Source: an uncultured Clostridia bacterium (GTDB lineage Bacteria > UBA6262 > WVXT01). From it: DNA of 64,000 nucleotides. Numbering within the stretch: position 1 is the first letter of the stretch; each line of letters opens with the position of its first letter. The stretch is taken from contig CAYFRM010000075.1 in NCBI GenBank assembly GCA_964345635.1, positions 11,531 through 75,530 on the forward strand, written 5' to 3'. The notes under the pieces are model-generated. The model had not been told where the DNA came from. It saw only the letters and a program-made list of their open reading frames with translations, and ran no database searches. Of this stretch, positions 1 to 8,124 are shown one piece after another. The position numbers and the translations under genes are program-made.

Positions 1-709
1 GCTGATTTCGGCAATGGTTTATGCTTTCCGGAACTCTTCACACCTGAAACATCTAAGAGAAAAGTTTGTCCTGGAGGGAGAAGAAAATTTGCAGCGGGCT
101 CTGTCGGAGGGGAAAGGGGCAATAGGACTTTGCGCTCACTTTGGCAATTTTACGCTGATGGGAACAGGACTTACCTCCCGCGGGTATCCATATGCATTGA
201 TCGTGAGGCCGGCAGATGAATCAAGAGTGGAAACGTACTTCCAGAAGTGGAGAGACAGGTTAGGATACGATTCCATACCCGCTTATCCCCGGTCTACGGC
301 TGTGCGTAGGTCTCTGGGCGCTTTGCGTCAGAACAAGATACTTGCTCTATTTGCCGATCAGAACAAGGCAAAAGGCGGAGTATTTGTCGAATTTTTTGGC
401 CGTCCCGCAGGAACTGTTGTGGGACCTGCAGTCATGGCCTTAAGGACAGGTGCACCGGTAGTTCCCATATTCAACGTGCGGCAGGGGGTAGATAGACATA
501 AAGTGATCATCGGTCCCCCGGTCGAATTTGAGATAACAGGTAATCAGGATAAGGATATTCTCATCGTTACCGCTAAAATTACCAAGGTGATAGAAGAGTT
601 CGTGCGGCGGTATCCCACGCATTGGTGGTGGTTTCACAACCGGTGGAAAGCCAAGCCTAAGAAGGAAGAGGAAGCAGAGACGGCGGAATCTTCTACTCCC
701 TTTCTTTAA
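1..709 (+). CDS. Lipid A biosynthesis acyltransferase (LpxL/HtrB family), 5'-partial at window edge
   Basis: Open frame from window start; HFGNFT acyltransferase-type motif and LpxL-like C-terminal half; begins an LPS gene cluster. Confidence 0.7.
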   Translation, partial: LISAMVYAFRNSSHLKHLREKFVLEGEENLQRALSEGKGAIGLCAHFGNFTLMGTGLTSRGYPYALIVRPADESRVETYFQKWRDRLGYDSIPAYPRSTAVRRSLGALRQNKILALFADQNKAKGGVFVEFFGRPAGTVVGPAVMALRTGAPVVPIFNVRQGVDRHKVIIGPPVEFEITGNQDKDILIVTAKITKVIEEFVRRYPTHWWWFHNRWKAKPKKEEEAETAESSTPFL

Positions 710-724
710 AAAGATAAGGATTTA

Positions 725-759
725 AAAGATAGTTTGTTCATCTTCACAAACTATCTTTT
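725..759 (+). terminator. Hairpin/terminator-like element after lpxL-type gene
   Basis: 13-bp perfect inverted repeat AAAGATAGTTTGT/ACAAACTATCTTT with 8-nt loop, ends in TTTT. Confidence 0.35.
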
Positions 760-816
760 GAACGTAAGTAATGACAGAGAGAAGTTTTGCTTTAAAGATA
801 GGAAAGGGTTTGGGAA

Positions 817-1839
817 ATGGCCAAAATTTTAGTTAAGGGTGTAAATTGGATTGGAGATTCGCTATTTATGACCCCGGCCTTATCTGCCTTGAGAAAAGGA
901 TTTCCCGATTCTCATATAAGCCTTCTGATTAATCCCTGGGTGAAGGAAATATTTGATGGCAATCCGGATTTTGATGAGACGATTATTTATGATGAAAAAG
1001 GCAAGGAAAAAAGCCTGAAAGGAAAGATTAGATTTATTCGCTCATTAAGGGATAGAAATTTTGACACGGGCATAGTTATGCAGCCACGTTCCTACAAGGC
1101 TGCTTTTTTCGTCTATTTAAGTAGAATTCCCGAGCGAATTGGTTATGGTCATTCACTGAGAAATCTACTCCTGACCAGAATAGTGAAGCCTCCCAAAGTT
1201 TCCCTTCACGCCGTAGATATGTTCCTGAATATTGTCTTTTCTCTGGGAGTGGAACCTGCGAGAAAGGAACCCTACTTGCCGTCAAGCCCGCAAGCAAACG
1301 ATTGGGCCGACAGCTTTTTGGAGAAAAGGGGAGTTAACCTGGGAGAATTATTGATCGGTATCAATCCCGGAGCGTTCAAGCAATCCAAGCGGTGGCCGGA
1401 GTCAAGATACGCCGAGCTATCCGATAAAATGACCGAGGAGTTCAGGGCAAAAGTTATTGTTTTCCAGGGACCGGGAGAAGATAAGATTGTAGGAAAAGTA
1501 GTGAATTTGATGAGAGAAAAAGCGATAATAGCGAATACAGGTATCAAGGAATTGGCTGCGCTCTCCCGCAGGTGCAAGTTATTCGTGGCTAACGATACAG
1601 GTCCTATGCACGTGGCTGCTGCCAGCGGTACTCGGGTAATTGCTCTATTTGGCCCTGCCGACCCGCAACGGAGCCGTCCCTGGGGCAGGGATCATACGGT
1701 AATAAAGAAAGACCTGCCGTGCAGTCCTTGTTCGCGGATAGTCTGCAAAGAACTGAACTGTATGAAAGCGATTACCGTGGAAGAAGTCTTTCGGGCGGTT
1801 CGGGTCCAGCTGGAAAGAATCGAGGAACCGAAGAGCTAA
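817..1839 (+). CDS. ADP-heptose:LPS heptosyltransferase (glycosyltransferase family 9)
   Basis: 340 aa; N-terminal 'ILVKGVNWIGDSLF' and C-terminal 'ANDTGPMHVAAA..GPADP' typical of GT9 (RfaF/RfaC-like). Confidence 0.8.
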   Translation: MAKILVKGVNWIGDSLFMTPALSALRKGFPDSHISLLINPWVKEIFDGNPDFDETIIYDEKGKEKSLKGKIRFIRSLRDRNFDTGIVMQPRSYKAAFFVYLSRIPERIGYGHSLRNLLLTRIVKPPKVSLHAVDMFLNIVFSLGVEPARKEPYLPSSPQANDWADSFLEKRGVNLGELLIGINPGAFKQSKRWPESRYAELSDKMTEEFRAKVIVFQGPGEDKIVGKVVNLMREKAIIANTGIKELAALSRRCKLFVANDTGPMHVAAASGTRVIALFGPADPQRSRPWGRDHTVIKKDLPCSPCSRIVCKELNCMKAITVEEVFRAVRVQLERIEEPKS

Positions 1840-1870
1840 CACTGGCCATCAAAAGAGGTTAAGAAGGAAG

Positions 1871-2725
1871 TTGAACAGGGAGATTCCACCACAGTTTGAG
1901 AAGGTAGTAATAGGCAAGAGTACCATATTCGTAAAAAGTAAATATAAAGACCCGATATTAAGTCAAAAAGCTACTCTCTTGCGAAAAGTAAACGAACGAG
2001 GATTGTCTCCGGGAGTCAGTTTACTCAAAGGCAGAAACGTAATCCCCTGCATTCCCATCAAGGGCTCTGATGAAAGAATGATCATAAAACATTATGAGCA
2101 CGGAGGATTGTTACGCAAGATAACAAGAGACATCTTATGGGGAAGTTCCCGGCCGTTTCGGGAGCTGGTGGTCCTGGAAAAGGCGTCCCCAAGGGGCGTC
2201 CCTGTCCCCGAGGTACTTGCTGCCAGAGTGGATAAGATTTTTGGCCCATTCTATAGGGGAGAGATAGCATATAAAGAGATTCCTGATGGTAGTAATTTGT
2301 TGGAATATTTGAAGGGGCTTAACCGGAGAACGAGAGAGGAAAAGATATCTGCAAAGAGAAAAATAATTCCTTCCCTGGCAGAAGCCATTAAAAAAATGCA
2401 CGCCGCGGGAATATACCACGGGGACTTGAATATTAAGAACATATTGGTGAGGAACGAAGGGAAGAGAATTAAAGTGTACCTTCTGGACTTCGATTGTTCG
2501 AGGATTAGGGAGAATATTTCACTGAGAGCAAGAATCAAGAACCTGGCTCGTCTCAACAGGTCCTGCGAAAAATGGAGAGCCGAGATAACCGATAGGGACA
2601 AACTCAGATTCTTCCTTTCCTATTTTAAGGGAAATAAATTAATAAAAGCTAATACCCAAAAATATATTCGCCAGTGCTCACGTTTCCACTGGGGGCACAG
2701 GATATACTGGAAATTTTTCGGATAA
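1871..2725 (+). CDS. Lipopolysaccharide kinase family protein (Kdo kinase/WaaP/InaA-like)
   Basis: 284 aa; 'IYHGDLNIKNILV' catalytic-loop motif of LPS kinase family; located in LPS cluster. Confidence 0.6.
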   Translation: MNREIPPQFEKVVIGKSTIFVKSKYKDPILSQKATLLRKVNERGLSPGVSLLKGRNVIPCIPIKGSDERMIIKHYEHGGLLRKITRDILWGSSRPFRELVVLEKASPRGVPVPEVLAARVDKIFGPFYRGEIAYKEIPDGSNLLEYLKGLNRRTREEKISAKRKIIPSLAEAIKKMHAAGIYHGDLNIKNILVRNEGKRIKVYLLDFDCSRIRENISLRARIKNLARLNRSCEKWRAEITDRDKLRFFLSYFKGNKLIKANTQKYIRQCSRFHWGHRIYWKFFG

Positions 2726-2740
2726 TTTATCCAGAATCGC

Positions 2741-2895
2741 AGGGCAATCCCGATGAATCGGGATGGTCGCCCAAAAAGAGAGGGACGGCACGGAGTCCGT
2801 CCCCTACGTGGAAGCAAAGCTTGCGCTTTGCGGCTACAATTTGTGGCAGCAGAGCGATAGCTCTGCATTGTAGGGGCGACACTCTGTGGTCGCCC
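2741..2895 (+). repeat. Repeat family A, copy A1 (1.5-copy tandem composite palindromic element)
   Basis: Modules ATCCCGATGAATCGGGAT hairpin, GGGACGGCACGGAGTCCGTCCCCTAC, GCAAAGCTTGCGCTTTGCGGCTACAA, AGAGCGATAGCTCTGCATTGTAGGGGCGACACTCTGTGGTCGCCC; shared with copy A2. Confidence 0.8.
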
Positions 2896-2914
2896 GCCAG
2901 GATCGGAAATAACG

Positions 2915-3673
2915 ATGAACAGACTTTCAGTAATTATCATTACCTACAACGAAGAAGAAAATATTGGAGACTGTCTGGAAAACGTCAAGTGGTCTGACGA
3001 GATTGTAATTGTTGACGCTTTCAGTAGTGATAGGACTGTGGAGATAGCCCGAGAATTCACCCCCCGGGTATTCCGGAACAGATGGACCGACTTTTCTCAG
3101 CAAAAGAACTTAGCCTTGGGAAAAGCAAGCAACGACTGGGTATTAAGTATAGATGCTGACGAACGCGTTACGCCAGAATTGAAGGAAGAAATCATCAACA
3201 TCCTCAATTCCCCGTCTCCACCGTTCAATGGTTACTATATAGCGAGAAGAAGTCACTATCTGGGAAAATGGATCAAGCATTGTGGATGGTATCCCGACTA
3301 TAAGTTACGCCTGTTTCTGAGAGAAAAAGGGAAATTTAACGAAAGGATGGTGCATGAATCTGTACTGGTAGAAGGCAGGAAAGGCCGCCTTAAGTCCTGC
3401 CTGGACCATTATTCATATAAAAACTTATCCGACCATTTAAGCAAAATTGATAAGTTCACTTCCCTCTCTGCCGGGGAAATGTTTACAAAAGGTAAGAAAG
3501 GGACAACATTCGATTTGCTTTTTCGGCCGCCGGTCAAGTTTATCAATATGTACCTGATAAAGAAAGGTTTTCTGGACGGCATATATGGGTTTATTGTTTG
3601 CATTATCGGGAGCTTCTACGTGTTTATGAAATATCTGAAACTCTGGCTGCTGTCGAGGGAGAGAATCGATTGA
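2915..3673 (+). CDS. Glycosyltransferase family 2
   Basis: 252 aa; 'LSVIIITYNEEENI...VIVDAFSSDRT' GT2 N-terminal signature; DAD-like motif 'IDADE'. Confidence 0.75.
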   Translation: MNRLSVIIITYNEEENIGDCLENVKWSDEIVIVDAFSSDRTVEIAREFTPRVFRNRWTDFSQQKNLALGKASNDWVLSIDADERVTPELKEEIINILNSPSPPFNGYYIARRSHYLGKWIKHCGWYPDYKLRLFLREKGKFNERMVHESVLVEGRKGRLKSCLDHYSYKNLSDHLSKIDKFTSLSAGEMFTKGKKGTTFDLLFRPPVKFINMYLIKKGFLDGIYGFIVCIIGSFYVFMKYLKLWLLSRERID

Positions 3674-4647
3674 GAATAGCCGCTATACTTCCCCATGTTG
3701 AGGTTTTTGGTGGGGTGAGAAGGTATATTGAAATAGGCAACAATTTTGTAAAAAGAGGCCACTCTTTCAAGATATACCACACAAACGGAACTCCTCCCGT
3801 CTGGCTGGAGTTTTTCGGCGAGACAAGACCTTTAAGACAGGTAACTTTAGAAGAAAATGACATTGCCATATCCAGCGACTACTCGGTTCTCGATTATTTG
3901 GAAAGAGCCAATGCCCGGAAAAAAATCTTCTATTGCCTGCGCGAGCACAAGAATAATAGAAAAGTATGCAAAACTAAGGAATTTCTCGTTATGGGCAACT
4001 CTACCGGAATATGCGAGATGGTAAGAAGAAAGTATCGAAGGGAATGCATCGAAGGAATTGGCGGGATAAATGCCGAGCTGTTCCGTCCCGAAGAGGAAAA
4101 CAAGGACAGCCGCCAGATAAGAATCCTCTGTTACGGGAGAATATACAAGAAGAGGAAAGGAATCCAGAAGGCAATCAAGGCGACTGAGCTATTGTACGGG
4201 AGATATCCTTCGCTAAGGCTAATGCTATTTGATACTCCCGTAGGCAGTCCCAGACGAGACGCCCGCCAGATGGTTCACAGCAGAGTCCCCGTTACCTTCT
4301 ACACGTCTATCCCTCAGGAGAGAATGGCCCAGCTTTATTCGCAAGCAGATATTTTCGTTAGCGCGGAGAAGAGAGCGGGATGGAGCAATCCTTGTGCGGA
4401 AGCAATGGCTTGTAAAGTTCCCGTTGTCTGCTCGCCTTCCGGGACCAGGGATTTTGCTGTGGACGGGGAGACGGCTCTGGTTTTTCATTTAAGATGTCCC
4501 TTTCTGATTGCCCAGAGGATAAAGAGATTAATCGAAGACAGAGACCTGAGAGAACGGATAAGAGAGAAAGGTTATAGAAAAATTCAAGAATATACATGGT
4601 CGAATCTTGTGGACAGGTTAGAAAAAGAATTCACGAATCTTCTGTGA
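3670..4647 (+). CDS. Glycosyltransferase (GT1/GT4 fold)
   Basis: TTG start overlapping the upstream TGA stop (TTGA); C-terminal 'EAMACKVPVVCSPSGTRDF' GT-B motif; track ORF 3598 start lies inside upstream gene. Confidence 0.6.
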   Translation: MRIAAILPHVEVFGGVRRYIEIGNNFVKRGHSFKIYHTNGTPPVWLEFFGETRPLRQVTLEENDIAISSDYSVLDYLERANARKKIFYCLREHKNNRKVCKTKEFLVMGNSTGICEMVRRKYRRECIEGIGGINAELFRPEEENKDSRQIRILCYGRIYKKRKGIQKAIKATELLYGRYPSLRLMLFDTPVGSPRRDARQMVHSRVPVTFYTSIPQERMAQLYSQADIFVSAEKRAGWSNPCAEAMACKVPVVCSPSGTRDFAVDGETALVFHLRCPFLIAQRIKRLIEDRDLRERIREKGYRKIQEYTWSNLVDRLEKEFTNLL

Positions 4648-4651
4648 TGGG

Positions 4652-4745
4652 AAAAAAGGGGACAGGTACTTTTTTTCCTTTCACCGTGCGGCGCCCAAAA
4701 CTGACGATCCTCTTTTTTAGAAAAAGTAGCCTGTCCCCTTTTTTG
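4652..4745 (+). repeat. Repeat family C, inverted pair C1 (A6-GGGGACAGGTAC-T7 .. 45 nt .. A5-GTAGCCTGTCCCC-T6); potential bidirectional terminator
   Basis: Two reverse-complementary 24-nt motifs; if paired gives 13-bp GC-rich stem followed by U-run. Confidence 0.75.
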
Positions 4746-4755
4746 AGGAAGGACG

Positions 4756-5847
4756 ATGAGAGTCTGCTTTTTTGGAGGTTACAATCCCGGGTATATACGG
4801 AATGTAATTATCAAGGAAGGTCTGATAAAGAACGGCGTGGAAGTGGTAGAATGCCGCACAAAATCGAAATTTAAATTCTGGCTCAGATATCCCATACTTT
4901 TTTTTCGGCAGCTTAGATTTTTTCCTGTAAAATACGATTTTATTTTTGTTCCTGCTTTTCGACACAAAGATGTTCCCCTGGCCAAGCTCATGGGAATCCT
5001 GACCAATAAGCCTGTAGTTTTTGACCCTTTTGTCTCCCGCTACGAAACCAAAGTAGTCGACCAGAAGAAGGTGACGCCATATTCTCTGCAGGCAAAGCAT
5101 AATTTCAGAATAGATAAATGGTCTTTTAGACTTGCAGATATAATTCTCACCGATACTCTGGCTCATGCGGACTATTACGCCAGAGAGTTCGGCATAAAGA
5201 AGGGTAAATTTGAAAGGGTTCCGGTGGGGGTACCCGACCGAATTTTTTCTCCCTCCCGAATGGAGAAGGAAGAGAAGAATAGAAGAAAAAGTTATTTCCT
5301 CGTTCAGTTTTACGGTTCCTTCCTTCCCCTGCAGGGAATAGAGCATATTGTGCAGGCCGCCAGAATAGTGGAGAAGAGAGATACGTCCGTTCGCTTCGAA
5401 TTGATAGGCTCGGGCCAGACTTTTCCCATGATTAGAAGGTTGGTCGAGGAACTGGGATTAAGAAATATGATTCTGCGGGACTGGATTCCTTTCAAGGAGT
5501 TACTGGAAGCAGTCTCCTATGCAGACGTCTGTCTGGGAATATTCGGTGATACGGAGAAAGCGTTCCGCATAGTTCCGAACAAAGTTTTTCAATGTTTATC
5601 TCTGGAAAAACCCGTGATTACCGGAAGAACCCCGGCAATCACAGAGTATTTTGTGGATAAAGAAGATATCTTCCTTTGCGAAGCGGCAAATGCTGAATCC
5701 CTGGCTGAGGCAATTATGCTATTGAAAAATAATGAACGATTACGGGAGAAAATAGCCAGAAACGGATATAGATCAATACAGGAAAACTTCACTTCGGAAA
5801 CAATCGGCAGGCAAATAAGGAAAATCTTAAGTAAAGCTTTGGCGTAA
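4756..5847 (+). CDS. Glycosyltransferase (GT-B fold, GT1/GT4-like)
   Basis: 363 aa; RBS aggaagg upstream of ATG; GT-B C-terminal domain pattern (E-x7-E region, 'KPVITGRTPAITEY'). Confidence 0.55.
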   Translation: MRVCFFGGYNPGYIRNVIIKEGLIKNGVEVVECRTKSKFKFWLRYPILFFRQLRFFPVKYDFIFVPAFRHKDVPLAKLMGILTNKPVVFDPFVSRYETKVVDQKKVTPYSLQAKHNFRIDKWSFRLADIILTDTLAHADYYAREFGIKKGKFERVPVGVPDRIFSPSRMEKEEKNRRKSYFLVQFYGSFLPLQGIEHIVQAARIVEKRDTSVRFELIGSGQTFPMIRRLVEELGLRNMILRDWIPFKELLEAVSYADVCLGIFGDTEKAFRIVPNKVFQCLSLEKPVITGRTPAITEYFVDKEDIFLCEAANAESLAEAIMLLKNNERLREKIARNGYRSIQENFTSETIGRQIRKILSKALA

Positions 5848-5852
5848 AAAGA

Positions 5853-6932
5853 TTGAATACTGTATTACATATCGATTCAGCAAAAACCTGGAGGGGTGGC
5901 CAGCAGCAAGTTCTCTATCTTGCCCAGAAGCTAGGAGACTACCATAACATAATTGCCTGCCCTCCTCAAAGCCCTCTGGCAGAAAGAGCGAAAGATGCAG
6001 GATTAAAAGTCTTCCCCGTCAACATGCGCGGGGAATGGGATCTTGGGGCAGTATGCAAATTAAGAAAGATAATAAGAAAAAACTCTATTAAAATAGTCCA
6101 TCTCCATTCTCCCCACGCCCACGCGTTGGGCCTGCTGGCGGCAAAAAGTGGGGGAAATTGCAAAGTCGTTCTGTCGCGCAGAGTCGATTTTCCCATTAAG
6201 AAGAATCTGCCCAGTCGCCTGAAGTATTCAAAGGTTGACGGGGTAATAGCAATTTCTGAGAGAGTTAAAAGAGTTTTACTTGCCGACGGATTATCGGAAG
6301 AGAAAATCGATGTTGTCTACAGCGGGATAGATATGGACAGATTTCAAGATACAAAGGGAGACTATCTTATTTCTGAATTGGCACTAAATAGAAATAGTTT
6401 ACGCATAGGGAATATTGCTGCTCTTGCCTGGCATAAAGACCACAAAACTCTTATTGCAGCGGCAAGAGTTGTGATAGATGAATTTCCTCAGGCGGTATTT
6501 TTAATAGCAGGAGAAGGCCCTCTTCGCGAAGAGTTAGAGATTTTAGTCAAAAAATTGGATTTACAAGAAAAGGTGAAATTATTGGGATTTCGCCAGGATA
6601 TTCCGGAAATACTCTCTATTTTCGATATTTTCGTGCTATCTTCCAGCTGGGAAGGGTTAGGCACTTCGCTTCTGGATGCTTTTGCTTCGCGAGTACCCGT
6701 AATAGCCACCAACGTGGGAGGAATCCCCGAGATTGTCAGAGACGGGGTAAATGGAATCCTGGTTCCTCCCGGAGATCCGAAAGCCTTATCCAGAGCCATC
6801 ATTTCTCTTCTGAAGAACAAAGACCTTGCGGGTCGAATAGCAAAAGAAGGTTTTCACCTGGCAAAAGAGAAGTTCAGTGTAGAAAGAATGGCCCGGGACA
6901 CAAAAAAGATTTACGACCGCCTGGTAATTTAG
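5853..6932 (+). CDS. Glycosyltransferase family 4 (WaaG/RfaG-like)
   Basis: 359 aa; 'GLGTSLLDAFASRVPVIATNVGGIPEIVRDGVNGILVPPGD' canonical GT4 motif. Confidence 0.8.
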   Translation: MNTVLHIDSAKTWRGGQQQVLYLAQKLGDYHNIIACPPQSPLAERAKDAGLKVFPVNMRGEWDLGAVCKLRKIIRKNSIKIVHLHSPHAHALGLLAAKSGGNCKVVLSRRVDFPIKKNLPSRLKYSKVDGVIAISERVKRVLLADGLSEEKIDVVYSGIDMDRFQDTKGDYLISELALNRNSLRIGNIAALAWHKDHKTLIAAARVVIDEFPQAVFLIAGEGPLREELEILVKKLDLQEKVKLLGFRQDIPEILSIFDIFVLSSSWEGLGTSLLDAFASRVPVIATNVGGIPEIVRDGVNGILVPPGDPKALSRAIISLLKNKDLAGRIAKEGFHLAKEKFSVERMARDTKKIYDRLVI

Positions 6933-7008
6933 GTTTTACCCCGTTAGAAATGGATGTTACAAATTCTCCTGAGGGAATTTCTAACGGGGTTTATGCCCGT
7001 AATGTTTT
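6931..7008 (+). repeat. Repeat family B, copy B1 (hairpin element, loop orientation '+')
   Basis: CCCCGTTAGAAAT-[25-nt loop GGATGTTACAAATTCTCCTGAGGGA]-ATTTCTAACGGGG perfect 13-bp stem, flanks ..TTTACC / GTTTATGCCCGTAAT. Confidence 0.85.
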
Positions 7009-7020
7009 CAGGATATCTCG

Positions 7021-7917
7021 ATGAACATCTTCCATTATTATCCCAAAGTTTTGCCGGTGAAAAAGTATGGGGGAACCCAGAGGATAGCTGTTAATTTAAT
7101 GAAAGAACAGGTAAAGATGGGACATAAGGTGTATCTACTGAGCCTGGTGGGCACGCATCTACCTTCTATAAACGTCAAGACGATAAAGAAGCCGATACAA
7201 AATTTTCAAGATTGTGTTCCCGATAACATAGACATTGTCCAATTATATGCTACACCGCGAGAGATTCCTCATAGACCCTATCTGGTAAGGATCGGAGGGA
7301 ATGGCAAGCCGGGGGAAAAGTTTCTTACCAATACAGTATTTGTGAGTGAGAACCACGGTATGCGTCACGGAAGCAGACATTATATCTACAGCGGAATCAA
7401 CCTGGATGATTTTATTTATAGAGAGAAAAAGGAAGACTACTTTCTCTTTCTGGCAAAGGTCTCATGGAAAGTTAAGAATGTGAAGTTAGCCATAAGATTA
7501 GCAAAGGTGATGGGATTCAGACTGATCGTCGCCGGAGGGTGGAGACTTTCTTTCAGAAGAAACATCAAATTCGTAGGAGAAGTGGATGATAAAGAAAAAG
7601 CAGAGCTTCTGGCAGGAGCAAAAGCCCTCATTTTTCCCACAAACTGGCAGGAGCCCATCGGTAACGTGACGCTGGAGGCGATGGCTTCAGGGACACCCGT
7701 AATTACCACTAACCAAGGAGCGATGCCCGAGATAATTACTTCCGGGGTCGGTTTTCGCTGCGATACTTTTGAACAGTTCAAGGAAGCCGTAAACAGAATC
7801 GACCAAATCAGTCCCCGAAAATGTAGAGAGAGAGTGGAAGAGAATTTTACGGCCGAAATTATGGCCCGCAACTACCTAAAAGCGTATGAAAGAATAATTC
7901 AGACGGGCAACCTGTAG
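7021..7917 (+). CDS. Glycosyltransferase (short GT4-like)
   Basis: 298 aa; C-terminal 'NWQEPIGNVTLEAMASGTPVITTNQGAMPEII' GT-B motif. Confidence 0.6.
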   Translation: MNIFHYYPKVLPVKKYGGTQRIAVNLMKEQVKMGHKVYLLSLVGTHLPSINVKTIKKPIQNFQDCVPDNIDIVQLYATPREIPHRPYLVRIGGNGKPGEKFLTNTVFVSENHGMRHGSRHYIYSGINLDDFIYREKKEDYFLFLAKVSWKVKNVKLAIRLAKVMGFRLIVAGGWRLSFRRNIKFVGEVDDKEKAELLAGAKALIFPTNWQEPIGNVTLEAMASGTPVITTNQGAMPEIITSGVGFRCDTFEQFKEAVNRIDQISPRKCRERVEENFTAEIMARNYLKAYERIIQTGNL

Positions 7918-7944
7918 TCTCTTTTCTTTGCTGCTGCGAAAAGA

Positions 7945-8093
7945 AATGTAGCTTGAGAGCGATAGCTCTGCATTGTAGGGGCGACACTCCGTGGTCGCCC
8001 AAAGGAAGGGACGGCACAGAGTCCGTCCCCTACAGACAGGCAAAGCTTACGCTTTGCTGCTACAAAATTGGTTGGCAGTGTAGGGCTTTACGT
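7945..8093 (+). repeat. Repeat family A, copy A2, fused to a family-B flank fragment (8069-8093)
   Basis: Same modules as A1 in permuted order; ends with GTGTAGGGCTTTACGTCCGTAATGG (family B host motif without hairpin). Confidence 0.8.
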
Positions 8094-8124
8094 CCGTAAT
8101 GGCTTTAAGCAGGGGAGAAGAAAG

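Noticed and set aside
2674-2997. 107-aa + ORF and 106-aa minus ORF (2620-2940) spanning the 2.7-2.9 kb gap
   Set aside because: Both read through family-A repeat A1 and produce R/G/P-rich low-complexity peptides. They are artefacts of the GC-rich palindromic repeat.
4596-4874. 92-aa + ORF between two glycosyltransferase genes
   Set aside because: It reads through the family-C inverted pair and then into the next gene out of frame, with no RBS.
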